Shown: positions 21,687-33,663 of the stretch, in pieces | Position numbering within the stretch: position 1 is the first letter of the stretch | How the letters are laid out: the number at the start of each line of letters is the position of its first letter | From: Candidatus Thermoflexus tengchongensis | Lineage (GTDB): Bacteria > Chloroflexota > Anaerolineae > Thermoflexales > Thermoflexaceae | Assembly: GCA_016842085.1 (NCBI GenBank) | Contig: JAEVEX010000034.1 | Location: forward strand, 26,371-90,370 | Length of the DNA stretch: 64,000 bases | Direction of reading: 5' to 3' | Translations under genes and position numbers: made by a program | Notes under the pieces: generated by a model | Databases searched by the model: none | What the model was told of the DNA's origin: nothing | What the model saw: only the letters and a program-made list of their open reading frames with translations

Positions 21687-23009
21687 GTGGATCAGGCCGG
21701 AATGCAACCGGCCAAAACACGGGTCACTGGAGTGATGCCTGTGGAGAGAACGCCGGATATCCCATCGGGTTCTCCATCCCGGATCTCACATGCTTTCTGG
21801 GCTCTCTGGACCGGGCATGCGCTCTCCCTGTTCGGCAGCATGCTGGTTCAATTCGCCCTGGTCTGGTGGATCGCCCGGACTACCGATTCCGCCACAGCAC
21901 TTTCTATCGCCACGCTGCTGGCCCTCCTGCCCGGCATCCTTCTGGGCCCGGCCATCGGGGCCCTGGTGGATCGCTGGGATCGCCGGGTGATCATGCTGGC
22001 CGCAGACGGCGGGATGGCCGGGATCACCCTGGGGCTGGCCATCCTCGCGCTGATGGGAACCTTCGATCTGGGTCCGGTTTACGGGGCGATGTTCCTCCGC
22101 TCGCTGCTGGAGACCTTCCACTGGTCCGCTCTCCAGGCCTCCATCCCGATGCTGGTTCCCGAGCGTCATCTGGCCCGGATCGCCGGATTCCATCAGGCGC
22201 TACAGGGAACCCTCAATATGATCGCCCCACCGGCCGGGGCCATCCTGCTGGGCCTTCTCTCCCTTCCCGGCGTGCTGATGGTGGATGTGCTCACCGCCGC
22301 CCTGGCCGTATCGATGTTGCTGTTCATCGCCATCCCCCGCCCATCCCGGGATCCCTCTAGCCGCTCTGCGTGGTGGCAGGAGATGCTGGAGGGTCTGGAC
22401 TATGTGCGGCGGTGGTCTGGAGCGCTGGCGCTGATGGGGATGGGCGCCCTGATCAATTTCGCAGTGAACCCGGCCTTCGCCCTGCTCCCCCTGATTGTCA
22501 CGCGCCATTTCCATGGTGGAGCGCTGGAGCTGGGATGGCTGGAGTCGGCGTGGGGGATCGGGGTGATCAGCGGCGGTTTCATACTTGGGGCCTGGGGGGG
22601 ATTCCGGCGCCGCATCCACACGACACTGGCTGGCCTGATCGGGATGGGCGCCGCACTGTTGACGCTGGGTCTGCTGCCTCCCTCGGCCTTTCCAGCAGCC
22701 ATAGGGGCGATGTTCCTCGGAGGCGTGATGAACGTTCTGACCAACGGCCCGATTTTCGCGATCCTCCAGGCGGTGGTGCCTCCGGGCATGCAGGGTCGGG
22801 TCCTTCTGGTTATGGGAAGCGTGGTGGGAGCAATGGCACCGCTGGGCATGGCCATCGCCGGGCCCGTGGCCGATGCCCTGGGCGTGCAGGTGTGGTTCCT
22901 GGCCGGAGGTCTTGCGTGCGCGCTTACAGGAGCCATGGGGATGGGGATTCCATCTATCGTCCAGCTGGAAGAGCGAGCTCCCCATCGGATGCAAACTCCC
23001 ACCTCATAA
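21687..23009 (+). CDS. MFS transporter (MefA/DHA3-like efflux)
   Basis: LWTGHALSLFGS, GALVDRWDRR motif A, about 12 TM, MQGRV. Confidence 0.88.
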   Translation: MDQAGMQPAKTRVTGVMPVERTPDIPSGSPSRISHAFWALWTGHALSLFGSMLVQFALVWWIARTTDSATALSIATLLALLPGILLGPAIGALVDRWDRRVIMLAADGGMAGITLGLAILALMGTFDLGPVYGAMFLRSLLETFHWSALQASIPMLVPERHLARIAGFHQALQGTLNMIAPPAGAILLGLLSLPGVLMVDVLTAALAVSMLLFIAIPRPSRDPSSRSAWWQEMLEGLDYVRRWSGALALMGMGALINFAVNPAFALLPLIVTRHFHGGALELGWLESAWGIGVISGGFILGAWGGFRRRIHTTLAGLIGMGAALLTLGLLPPSAFPAAIGAMFLGGVMNVLTNGPIFAILQAVVPPGMQGRVLLVMGSVVGAMAPLGMAIAGPVADALGVQVWFLAGGLACALTGAMGMGIPSIVQLEERAPHRMQTPTS

Positions 23010-23037
23010 ATTCAAGTTAGTGCGGGGAGGAGCTCGT

Positions 23038-23934
23038 ATGGCCCTCCGATTCGGCATTCAATTGCTTCAGGCTTCTCTGTTGCTGGAGTTATCCCGGCCA
23101 TGGATGGAGCGCGCGACCGGAGCGGCCGGAGTCGATGCGGCCCAGCTAACGGAACGGATCGCAGATGAGGGGTTTGATCTCATCGAGCTGAACCCGGACC
23201 TCCAGGTCCTTTTCCCGGAATCCTTTTCCCTCCCGGTCCTCCGTCGCCTGCATGAGCTGAAGGAGGCGCGGGGCGTGCACTTCACCGTCCACCTTCCCCT
23301 GTGGTCCCTGGACCCCTCCAGCCCGGTGGAGGGCATTCGCCGCGCATCCGTGGATCTCCTGGTGGATGCCGTTTTCCGACTGGCTCCGCTGCAGCCCGAA
23401 GTCTACGTCCTTCATATCGCAGGACCTCTCGCGTCTGAGTTCTTCACCTCCCCGGCTGTCCCGGAAGCCGCGCGAGGAGCGCTGATGCGCCGGTTTCAAC
23501 AGCAGGCGGCCCGGAGCCTGGAGGAGCTCCTGCGCCGCACCGGATTGTCCTCTCGATCTCTGGCCGTGGAAACCATCCAGTTCCCGCTGGAGCTCACGCT
23601 GGAGCTGGCCGAGGCTTTCGATCTCTCGATTTGCTTTGATACCGGCCATGTGATCTCGCAGCAGCCCGGACCCCATCCTTTTCAAGAAGCCCTGGAACGT
23701 TGTCTCCCTCGTCTGGCGGAGATCCATCTTCACGATGGCTATTATCGGCGGAGGCCAGACGGCTCTGTGGCCTGGGCGGACCATCTTCCTCTCGGAGAGG
23801 GGGAGGTCCCGGTGCGGAAGCTATTCCAGATTCTGGAAGTGCATCGGTTCGCCGGGCCTGTGATCCTGGAGCTGAGCCTGGATGCGGCCAGGGTTTCCAT
23901 GGCTTTCCTGAGGCAGATGAGCGAGGCAGGATAG
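23038..23934 (+). CDS. Sugar phosphate isomerase/epimerase (AP endonuclease 2 TIM barrel)
   Basis: TVHLP, AVET, CFDTGH, IHLHDG, DHLPLGEG, ILEL metal motifs; GGAGG before ATG 23038. Confidence 0.8.
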   Translation: MALRFGIQLLQASLLLELSRPWMERATGAAGVDAAQLTERIADEGFDLIELNPDLQVLFPESFSLPVLRRLHELKEARGVHFTVHLPLWSLDPSSPVEGIRRASVDLLVDAVFRLAPLQPEVYVLHIAGPLASEFFTSPAVPEAARGALMRRFQQQAARSLEELLRRTGLSSRSLAVETIQFPLELTLELAEAFDLSICFDTGHVISQQPGPHPFQEALERCLPRLAEIHLHDGYYRRRPDGSVAWADHLPLGEGEVPVRKLFQILEVHRFAGPVILELSLDAARVSMAFLRQMSEAG

Positions 23935-24048
23935 GGCGTATAGCAGGTTGAAAGGGACAAGCCCAGGCAGAAGACTTTCAGAGGGCCGAGCGGGGGCGAC
24001 TCGGGTGCCCCACTCAACCTCCAAAGCCTCAAAGGGAAACAATGAGAA

Positions 24049-25284
24049 TCAAGCGGCCTCCGAACCCGGTTCCTCTTCTTCCTCGGGGATCTCTTCGGGG
24101 GCGAAGGCCCTTCCATCCTGGAGCCACCACACCCCCCGCTCCCGGGCCATCCCCCGGGCCGGAGCGGTCAGCTCCTTCGCCGCCACCACCGGGATCACCT
24201 CCGCCTCCAGCGCCCGGGCCAGCAGGCCCGCCCGCTCCGCCGCCCGCGCCACATCCTCCGTGCTCCCCAGCCAGGAGATCTCCACCGCCAGATACACCCG
24301 GCGGTCCTCCCGCCGGTGAAACCCCTCCACCAGCAGGTCCAGGGGAGCCGCCCGATCCGCCTCCTCCCCCGTGATCCGCCCGGCCGCCTCCGCTTCCTCC
24401 AGGATCTCCAGCTTGCGCGAGTCGGGGAGGATGGCCGCCCGCCGCAGCAGCGGGCGGAACAGACCGGGGTTCTCGCGGTAGAGGGCCTCCAGGCGCATCG
24501 ACTTGAGCTCCCCCAGGTCCCGGCTGTGGTCCTCCAGACGGCGCTCCACCCGATCCACCCGCTGGGCCAGGACCCGGACGGCCTCAGCCAGCTCGGCGAA
24601 GCGGCGGTCGGTCTCCGCCCGGTATTCCAGAAACTCCTGACGGTGGGCGGCGAATTCCTCACTCAGACGGCGAAGACTCTCCTCCGTGCGCCGCTGCGCC
24701 TCGGCCAGCTCGGCGAAGCGACGATCCGTCTCCGCCCGGTGTTCCAGGAACTCGCGGCGGTGCTCCAGGAACTCCTGGCGGTGGGCGGCAAATTCCTCGC
24801 TCAGGCGGCGGACTGCCTCGGCCAGTTCGGCGAAGCGGGCCTCGGTCTGGGCCTGGTAGGCCAGGAACTCCTGACGGTGGGCGATGAAAGCCTCGCTCAG
24901 CCGCTGAAGGTTCGCCTCGGTGCGGCCCTGGGCTTCCACCAGCTGTCGCTGGGTGTCGACCAGCTGGCGCTGGGTTTCGACCAGCTGACGCTGGGTTTCC
25001 ATCAGGGCGCGGACGGCCGCGTTGAGCTCGGCGAAGCGGGCCTCATTCTGGGCCTGGTAGGCCAGGAACTCCTGACGGTGGGCGATGAAGGCTTCGCTCA
25101 GGCGGCGGATCGCTTCCGCCAGCTCCGCGAAGCGGCGCTCGGCCTCAGCGCGGAAAGCGGCGAGGTCCGCCGGCAGGCGAAGGATCTCCTCCGAGGCCAG
25201 CAGGGCCCACAGGACCTCCCGCCACTCGGGATGCGCCCGCAACAGCTCCACCAGATCCCGCAAATCTTCCGCCGTCAGCGCCAT
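24049..25284 (-). CDS. Heptad-repeat coiled-coil protein with C-terminal PD-(D/E)XK-like domain
   Basis: Repeats RLSE(A/E)F(I/A)AHRQEFL, RRFAELAEA; C-terminal DLLVEG...YLAVEISW...DVARAAERA. Confidence 0.7.
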   Translation of the reverse strand: MALTAEDLRDLVELLRAHPEWREVLWALLASEEILRLPADLAAFRAEAERRFAELAEAIRRLSEAFIAHRQEFLAYQAQNEARFAELNAAVRALMETQRQLVETQRQLVDTQRQLVEAQGRTEANLQRLSEAFIAHRQEFLAYQAQTEARFAELAEAVRRLSEEFAAHRQEFLEHRREFLEHRAETDRRFAELAEAQRRTEESLRRLSEEFAAHRQEFLEYRAETDRRFAELAEAVRVLAQRVDRVERRLEDHSRDLGELKSMRLEALYRENPGLFRPLLRRAAILPDSRKLEILEEAEAAGRITGEEADRAAPLDLLVEGFHRREDRRVYLAVEISWLGSTEDVARAAERAGLLARALEAEVIPVVAAKELTAPARGMARERGVWWLQDGRAFAPEEIPEEEEEPGSEAA

Positions 25285-25354
25285 AACATGCCTCCCTCTT
25301 CAGGGAATTGTATCACAATCCGGAGGCCGTATGCGATCCATCGTTCTCGCCGGA

Positions 25355-25852
25355 TCACTCGAACTCCCATCGCGGCTCAAAGGCCGCCGCCATCTCCCAG
25401 AACAGGGCGATCTGAAGGATTGTCGTCATATGCTCATACGTGTGCTGGATCGTCTTCGTCACGATCCAGGCCAGCGTCTGCGTCCCCCAGACGGTTCCGG
25501 GCACCGGTCGGCCCCAGACCTCCGGTGGGATCGGGCGGACCAGGGCTAGGGTCTCCTGGCGAACCTCCTCCAGACGGGCGAGCCAAGTCGCAGCCGGGAT
25601 CTCCCGGGGCCAGGAGAGATCCTCATCAGGCACCTCGCCGGAAGCCAGCGGACCCCGAAGGCCCAGGGCGTAGCGGATTTGTGGCAGGGCAATATGATGC
25701 TCATAGAACCAGAGATGGTAAAGCTGGCGCCGCACCGACCAGTCGCCCAGGGCCGGCGGCGGCCGACGCCCTTCCCGATCGGGCGGGACCTGAGCGACCG
25801 CCCACCGCAGATCGTTCAGGGTGGATTCCAGGCGATCCAGCAGTTCCTTCAT
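25355..25852 (-). CDS. DinB-family protein
   Basis: WSVRRQLYHL, HTYEH metal-binding His motifs; start MKELL at 25852. Confidence 0.75.
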   Translation of the reverse strand: MKELLDRLESTLNDLRWAVAQVPPDREGRRPPPALGDWSVRRQLYHLWFYEHHIALPQIRYALGLRGPLASGEVPDEDLSWPREIPAATWLARLEEVRQETLALVRPIPPEVWGRPVPGTVWGTQTLAWIVTKTIQHTYEHMTTILQIALFWEMAAAFEPRWEFE

Positions 25853-25956
25853 CAGGAATGCTCCCCTCCAGGAAGAGGAGATGGGGCGGAGAAAGAATCC
25901 CGGCCCTGCCCCTCTCCGATCAGGGGCAGGGCTCACCATCTTCCTGAGCGGCGACG

Positions 25957-26074
25957 GTCGGGGCTGAAGCCCCCCTACCAAGTGGTCTCGCCGCGCGGTC
26001 GATCATAACCGGTAGGAGCCGCTTCAGCAGCGACATCCATTGGGGCTGAAGGTCGGGGCTGAAGCCCCTCCTGC
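25957..26074. repeat. Cluster of three GTAG-type REP-like elements (BIME-like)
   Basis: GTAGGGGGGCTTCAGCCCCGAC (minus, 25957-25978), GTAGGAGCCGCTTCAGCAGCGAC (plus, 26012-26034), GCAGGAGGGGCTTCAGCCCCGAC (minus, 26052-26074). Confidence 0.7.
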
Positions 26075-26159
26075 CGGTTTCCGGAAGGCCAGGCCGGAGG
26101 CCGCGGGCCACCTCAAATGCTGCCCATCTTCAGCGTCCTGGTCAGTCCTCCACACTTTG

Positions 26160-28178
26160 CTATCCGATCGACGGATGGGTCAGCGCCTCCGCCATCACCT
26201 CGGCGACGTCTCGAATGGGGATCTGATCAACCACCCCTTTGCTCTGGGCGGCGGAAGTCAGCATCAGATGGCAGAACGGACAGGCGACCGCAACACCCTG
26301 GGGGTTCACCCCTATCGCTTCCTCCAGGCGCTGGAGATGGATCGGACGGGCTTGTGGGGTATCCATCCACACCTGAGCGCCGCCTGCGCCGCAACAGAAC
26401 CCTCGCTCCCGACTCCGGGCCATTTCCACCAGTTCCACTCCGCTCTCCTGCAGCAGACGCCGGGGCGCGTCGAAAATCCCATTGTAACGGCCCAGGTAGC
26501 AGGAATCGTGGAAGGTCCAGCGCTCCCCCACTCCCCGCTTCAGCTTCAGCCGGCCCTCCTCCACCAGACGCACCAGGAACTCCGTGTGGTGAACCACTTC
26601 GAACCGCCCCCCGAACTGGGGGTATTCGTTGCGGAAGGTGTTGTAGCAATGCGGGCACATGGTGAGCAGGGTGCGGAACCGATAGGACCGCAACGTCTCC
26701 AGAATGGCCTCCGTGGCAGCGACATACATGGCCTCATGGCCGGCGCGGCGGGCCCACTCGGCGGTGCACGTCTCTTCATCCCCCAGCACAGCGAAGTCCA
26801 CCCCGGCGGCCTGAAGCAGGCGGACGATGGCCCGGGCGGTGCGCTGGCCGTTGGGATCGAAAGCACCCGCGCACCCCACCCAGAAAAGGACCTCCGCCTC
26901 CCCCTTCTCCGCCATCACCGGCACTTCCAGCCCTTTCGCCCACTCCAGCCGCGAGGTCCGCTGCCCCCACGGGTTGCCTGTCCGTTCGGTGTTGCGGAAA
27001 GTGTTGGAGAGGGAAGCCGGGATGTCTCCTTCCATCAGAGTCAGGTATCGCCGCATGCCGACGATGAGATCGACGTGCTCGATCAGCACCGGGCATTCGG
27101 AGACACATGCATAGCAGGTGGTGCAGGCCCAGATGGCCGCTTCCGGCGTCACTGCCCCGGCCAGGGCCAGGCGATCCTCCTGGATCTGGATGGGCGCAAA
27201 GGGATTGAGGGTGGGCGGCAACACCGCGAGGAGGGTGTTCCGCACGTCCAGCACCACCTGCTTGGGATTCAAGGGGGTCCCTGCGGCGTAAGCCGGACAG
27301 GCTGCCTGGCACCGCCCGCACTCCGTGCACGCCTCCCCATTCAGCAGCTGCACCCATGTCAGATCCCGCAACGTCCCGATCCCCAGCCGCTCCGCCGTTT
27401 CCAGATCCGGGATCGGCGTCAGGGCCCCGTTGGGTCGATCCAGGCGAGAGAAGAACACGTTGAGGGTGGAGGAGACAATATGAACCAGGAAGCCCACCGG
27501 GATGAAGACATAAGTGAGGCCAGCCAGGGCAGCATGGAAGGTCCAGGTCGCCTGATGGAGGGGGCGCAGGATGTCTTCACCGAGGCCGATGGCGATCCAG
27601 GCCTGGCCGAGGCTCCACCCCATAAAGGAGGCGGGTCCCCACGGCGGACGCTGCACGGCCATACGGAAGGATTCCAGAAGCCAGCCGGTGACGATCAGAA
27701 CCAGCAGCCAGACCAGCGCCAGATCGAACCGGCGGCCGTAACTCAATTTGGGCGGGCGCGTCCCATAGCGGCGCCACGCCAGGATCCCCAGTCCGATCAG
27801 CGCGAGCAGAGTGAAAAGGTCGAGCACGAACTCGTAGGCCAGATAGACCTCCCCGCGCAGGAACTTAAAGATATCCGCATCGATGAAGGCGAGGGTCGTT
27901 CCGATGAAGAAGATCACGAACCCCCAGAACAGCGAGGCGTGGGAGAGCCCTCCGACCGGCTCCCGGATCACCCGCCGCTGCCCCAGGACGTAGATGAGCA
28001 CCCGTTTCAGGCGCTCCGGGATGCGATCGAAGCGCATTTCTGGCCGGCCCACCGCCCACCAGATCCGGATGCGCCGGTAGAAGGAAAAGAGGAAAATGGC
28101 GAGACAGAGCGCATGGAAGGCATAGACCACCGGCTGGGCCCACGCAGGCATGTTCCACAGGTTAATCCGCTCCGGCAT
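26160..28178 (-). CDS. Membrane Fe-S oxidoreductase with two CCG domains (FadF/EtfD/HdrD-like)
   Basis: N-terminal TM region; CTECGRCQAAC and CTTCYACVSEC ferredoxin motifs; GC, CPHC, HDSC, CCGAGG, CPFC. Confidence 0.88.
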   Translation of the reverse strand: MPERINLWNMPAWAQPVVYAFHALCLAIFLFSFYRRIRIWWAVGRPEMRFDRIPERLKRVLIYVLGQRRVIREPVGGLSHASLFWGFVIFFIGTTLAFIDADIFKFLRGEVYLAYEFVLDLFTLLALIGLGILAWRRYGTRPPKLSYGRRFDLALVWLLVLIVTGWLLESFRMAVQRPPWGPASFMGWSLGQAWIAIGLGEDILRPLHQATWTFHAALAGLTYVFIPVGFLVHIVSSTLNVFFSRLDRPNGALTPIPDLETAERLGIGTLRDLTWVQLLNGEACTECGRCQAACPAYAAGTPLNPKQVVLDVRNTLLAVLPPTLNPFAPIQIQEDRLALAGAVTPEAAIWACTTCYACVSECPVLIEHVDLIVGMRRYLTLMEGDIPASLSNTFRNTERTGNPWGQRTSRLEWAKGLEVPVMAEKGEAEVLFWVGCAGAFDPNGQRTARAIVRLLQAAGVDFAVLGDEETCTAEWARRAGHEAMYVAATEAILETLRSYRFRTLLTMCPHCYNTFRNEYPQFGGRFEVVHHTEFLVRLVEEGRLKLKRGVGERWTFHDSCYLGRYNGIFDAPRRLLQESGVELVEMARSRERGFCCGAGGAQVWMDTPQARPIHLQRLEEAIGVNPQGVAVACPFCHLMLTSAAQSKGVVDQIPIRDVAEVMAEALTHPSIG

Positions 28179-28469
28179 GGGACTTCCTCCCGCTGGCAGG
28201 ATCCCTGCGGCGCTGAAGAGGCTGGCTTTCAGTTTAGCACACCAGATGTTCGGGAAGTGTTCAGATCCCGCTGCGAGCGCACGCCGACGCCGTGTCTTTC
28301 AGAGCTGGATGGGGCGAGAATGTCGGTGTAAAATCAATGATGAAAACGGATCCGGCGATGAGGCTCGCCGGGCGGGGGCTTTTTCCCGCGAACCGCCATG
28401 CCCTGGGCGTGGCTGATAGCCTCTATCCCGCGGATGGGATAGAGGCTTTTTTGTTGGGGAGGCAAGGGG

Positions 28470-29237
28470 ATGAGCTGGGGACTGGCAAATTTGAAGCATG
28501 CGATGCGACAACCCGGCTGCCCGCTATGTCGCCTGCAGCGCGAGGCTGAGGCCCGCTACCTGGAGAACCTGCTCTGGGAGAACGTGAACGATCCTGCAAC
28601 CCGGGAGCAATGGGCGGCGGGGCTGGGATTTTGCAGCCGGCATGCCTGGCAGCTGCAACGCCTGGAGGCTCGTCGTTACGGGGATGGGCTGGGAAACGCC
28701 ATCCTTTACGAAGATCTCCTGCAACGGATCATTCCGGTCCTGGAGACGCTCGCCCGGCCATCCGCCGTGGATCCCCCTTCCCTTCACCGGCGGCTGGGCC
28801 GGTTTCTCTCCCGTCTCCCCCATCGGGGACGTGCCCGCCATGAAATCCCGGGCCTGCGGGGATATCAGCGGTGTCGGGTGTGTCGGCTGGGAGAGGAGAC
28901 GGCCCAGGCCTATGCCGAATGGCTCATCGAAGGCCTAGTGGAGGCGGATGTCTGCGAGCGCTATAAAACCTCAGATGGATTGTGTCTGCCCCACCTGCGG
29001 ATGGCGCTTTCCTGTGCTCGTGGCCGGGCGCCTCAGACCTTCGCCTGGCTGGCCCGCGACGCCGCCCGGCGTCTTCAGCGTCTTCTGGGGGATCTACGGG
29101 AATATATCCGCAAGCATGACTGGAATTATCGCGATGAGCCGATGAGCCATGAAGAACGCATAGCCTGGATTCGCGCGGTAGCTTTCTTTGCTGGGGAGGT
29201 AGAGAACAATGGTTCGCTGGACGATCGAAGTGGATGA
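28470..29237 (+). CDS. DUF6062-like Cys/His-rich protein
   Basis: CPLC, ENVND, GFCSRHAW, CRVC, GLCLPHL duplicated Zn-binding pattern. Confidence 0.7.
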   Translation: MSWGLANLKHAMRQPGCPLCRLQREAEARYLENLLWENVNDPATREQWAAGLGFCSRHAWQLQRLEARRYGDGLGNAILYEDLLQRIIPVLETLARPSAVDPPSLHRRLGRFLSRLPHRGRARHEIPGLRGYQRCRVCRLGEETAQAYAEWLIEGLVEADVCERYKTSDGLCLPHLRMALSCARGRAPQTFAWLARDAARRLQRLLGDLREYIRKHDWNYRDEPMSHEERIAWIRAVAFFAGEVENNGSLDDRSG

Positions 29238-29640
29238 AGAGACAGCGCGCCGCTGGCGGGCTTTCTGGGAATCCCGGGGCCTGAGCGAAACAGAGGGCCT
29301 GCTCTATTTTCTGGGGCTGGGGGCAGCTTATGCGGAGGGGCATGTAATCCTCTCCGGCGTGGCCGCCGGGACCCATTCCGCGGAGGAGGTGGAGCGTTTG
29401 ATCCGGCGCCTGGTGGAAATGGAAGGGCGTTACGCGGTAATGAAGTTCCGCCTCTTCCAGGCGGAGCAGGCGTTGCAGAGGTGGGAGCTCAGCCATGGAG
29501 CCATTGAGACAATGAGCACGGGGCTCCAGGAGGTGGTCCGCCGCCTGCAGCAGGAGAACGCCCGGCTCCGGGAGGCGCTGCGCCGTCTTCAGGGGGGTCA
29601 GACGACAGCGCTGGATCTGAATGAGGATGGAGGGGTCTGA
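29209..29640 (+). CDS. Hypothetical coiled-coil protein
   Basis: Overlaps the upstream stop; GGAGGT RBS; coiled-coil C-terminus. Confidence 0.6.
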   Translation: MVRWTIEVDEETARRWRAFWESRGLSETEGLLYFLGLGAAYAEGHVILSGVAAGTHSAEEVERLIRRLVEMEGRYAVMKFRLFQAEQALQRWELSHGAIETMSTGLQEVVRRLQQENARLREALRRLQGGQTTALDLNEDGGV

Positions 29641-29661
29641 ACATCCAGCAGGAGGCATCGG

Positions 29662-31943
<2,282 letters not shown>

Positions 31944-31957
31944 CTATGGCCCCATAA

Positions 31958-31992
31958 AGGGGTGCGGGGCGCCTTGAGCGCCCCGCACCCCT
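31958..31992. repeat. 15-bp perfect hairpin (terminator or palindromic repeat)
   Basis: AGGGGTGCGGGGCGC-cttga-GCGCCCCGCACCCCT; resembles the hairpin at 46708. Confidence 0.6.
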
Positions 31993-31998
31993 CTCACC

Positions 31999-32373
31999 CT
32001 ATCCCATCAATTTCGCCAGATCCTGAGCCGCCCGACGCATATCGAGGAAGACCAGGCCTAATTTGGCGTTCTCCCGGGCCAGCACCGTCAGCACCGCCTC
32101 CTGACCCACCGCCATCAGGATCACGTAGCCGTTCGATCCGTGCACGTATACCTGATCCAGCGTGCCCCGCCCCAGCTCGCTGGCGATCCGTTCTCCAAGG
32201 GAGAGCATGGCCGCCGACATGGCCGAGACCCGATCCTCCTCCACATCCCGGGGGAGGGCGGAGGCGATGATCAGCCCGTCGACGGAGACCAGGGCTGAGG
32301 CTTCGATATCCGGCGTGCTGGCCTGGAGATCCTTCAGCCGCTGCACGATCAACTCGGTGCGGGATCTGGCCAT
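31999..32373 (-). CDS. Roadblock/LC7 (MglB-like) protein
   Basis: ALVSVDGLIIAS, SAMSAAMLSLGERI, AKLGLVFLDM. Confidence 0.9.
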   Translation of the reverse strand: MARSRTELIVQRLKDLQASTPDIEASALVSVDGLIIASALPRDVEEDRVSAMSAAMLSLGERIASELGRGTLDQVYVHGSNGYVILMAVGQEAVLTVLARENAKLGLVFLDMRRAAQDLAKLMG

Positions 32374-32605
32374 CGGGGACGCTCCATGGCTTGAGGATTT
32401 GCCGTTCTGAGCATACCATGGCCTTCCTGAGCCGTCAAAGGGATCATCCGTTCGAGGCCCTAAAGGGGGAGACGATCCTCAACCCGAAACAGGGAAACCC
32501 CTCATGCGATAACGAGATGGACGAAAACGCCCGGATTCGGGGAGTGGGAGGAACGGAACCTGCGCATCACAGAATCCACCATCCCATCGGGAGGGCACAG
32601 AACCT

Positions 32606-33526
32606 ATGTCGGAACAACCCTGGTGGGTGATCGTCAATCCGGTAGCCGGCAATGGGCGAACCGGCCGACGATGGGGCGGGCTGGAGGCCCGCCTGCGCGT
32701 GGAAGGGATTCCCATGGAGGTCGTCTTCACCCAGGAGCCGGGACATGCCACCCTTCTCGCCCGACAGGGCCTGGAGGCCGGCTTCACCACCATCGTCGGC
32801 GTCGGCGGCGATGGAACCCTCCATGAGATCCTGAACGGGCTCCCCCTGGAAGATCCGGGGCGCATGCAAGCCATCCGCCTGGGGATGCTCCCGCTGGGCA
32901 CTGGCTCCGATTTCGTGCGCACCTTCGGGCTGCCCCGGGATCCGGTCGCCGCGGCCCTGCGGTTGCGGGAGGGACGGGTTCACCATGTGGATGTCGGCCA
33001 GGTCACCTGCCGGCGGGCCCGGGAAACCGTCACCCGCTATTTCATCAACGCCGCAGGGTTAGGGTTCGATGGAGAAGTGGCCGATCGCACCAACCGGGGC
33101 ATCAAAGCCTTCGGGGCCACCGGGACCTATCTGGTGTATCTCTTCCTCACCCTGATCCTGTATCAGAACAAGACCGTCATGCTGCGGTTCGATGGGGAAG
33201 AACGTTCGGGGCGGATGAACTCAGTGCTGGTCTGCAACGGACGATACTTCGGGGGCGGGATGTTTATCGCCCCCCATGCGGAGGTGGATGACGGATGGTT
33301 CGATGTCATCCTCCTGGGGGATCTGGGGAAAGGGGAGATCCTCTGGAATCTCCCCCGTGTCTATCGGGGAACCCATCTGACTCATCCCAAGATCACCTGG
33401 CGGCGCGCGAAGGAGATCCACGTGGAGGCCAAAGAGCGGATGTTCCTGCAGGCCGAGGGAGAGCTGATCGGGGAGGCTCCGGCGACGTTCCGCATCCTCC
33501 CCCGCGCGCTGGCGTTTCTGGCGTGA
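32606..33526 (+). CDS. Diacylglycerol/sphingoid lipid kinase family (YegS/Rv2252/BmrU)
   Basis: IVNPVAG, GVGGDGTLHEILNG, PLGTGSDF, FINAAGLGFD, NGRYFGGG. Confidence 0.9.
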   Translation: MSEQPWWVIVNPVAGNGRTGRRWGGLEARLRVEGIPMEVVFTQEPGHATLLARQGLEAGFTTIVGVGGDGTLHEILNGLPLEDPGRMQAIRLGMLPLGTGSDFVRTFGLPRDPVAAALRLREGRVHHVDVGQVTCRRARETVTRYFINAAGLGFDGEVADRTNRGIKAFGATGTYLVYLFLTLILYQNKTVMLRFDGEERSGRMNSVLVCNGRYFGGGMFIAPHAEVDDGWFDVILLGDLGKGEILWNLPRVYRGTHLTHPKITWRRAKEIHVEAKERMFLQAEGELIGEAPATFRILPRALAFLA

Positions 33527-33663
33527 AGGAGAGTGGGAAAGAGAGGCGCTGGGATCGAGTCGGCCGCCGAAGGCGGTCAGCTCGGCCCCAAAATCCCAGC
33601 CAGGGGCAGGTCCTGGAGGATTCCTCCTCTTGTCCTGAAAAACTGAACAGGGGAAGCGCATGC

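Noticed and set aside
24049-25284. Repeats as a possible CRISPR array
   Set aside because: In-frame coding repeats without unique spacers; no cas genes or array anywhere in the window.
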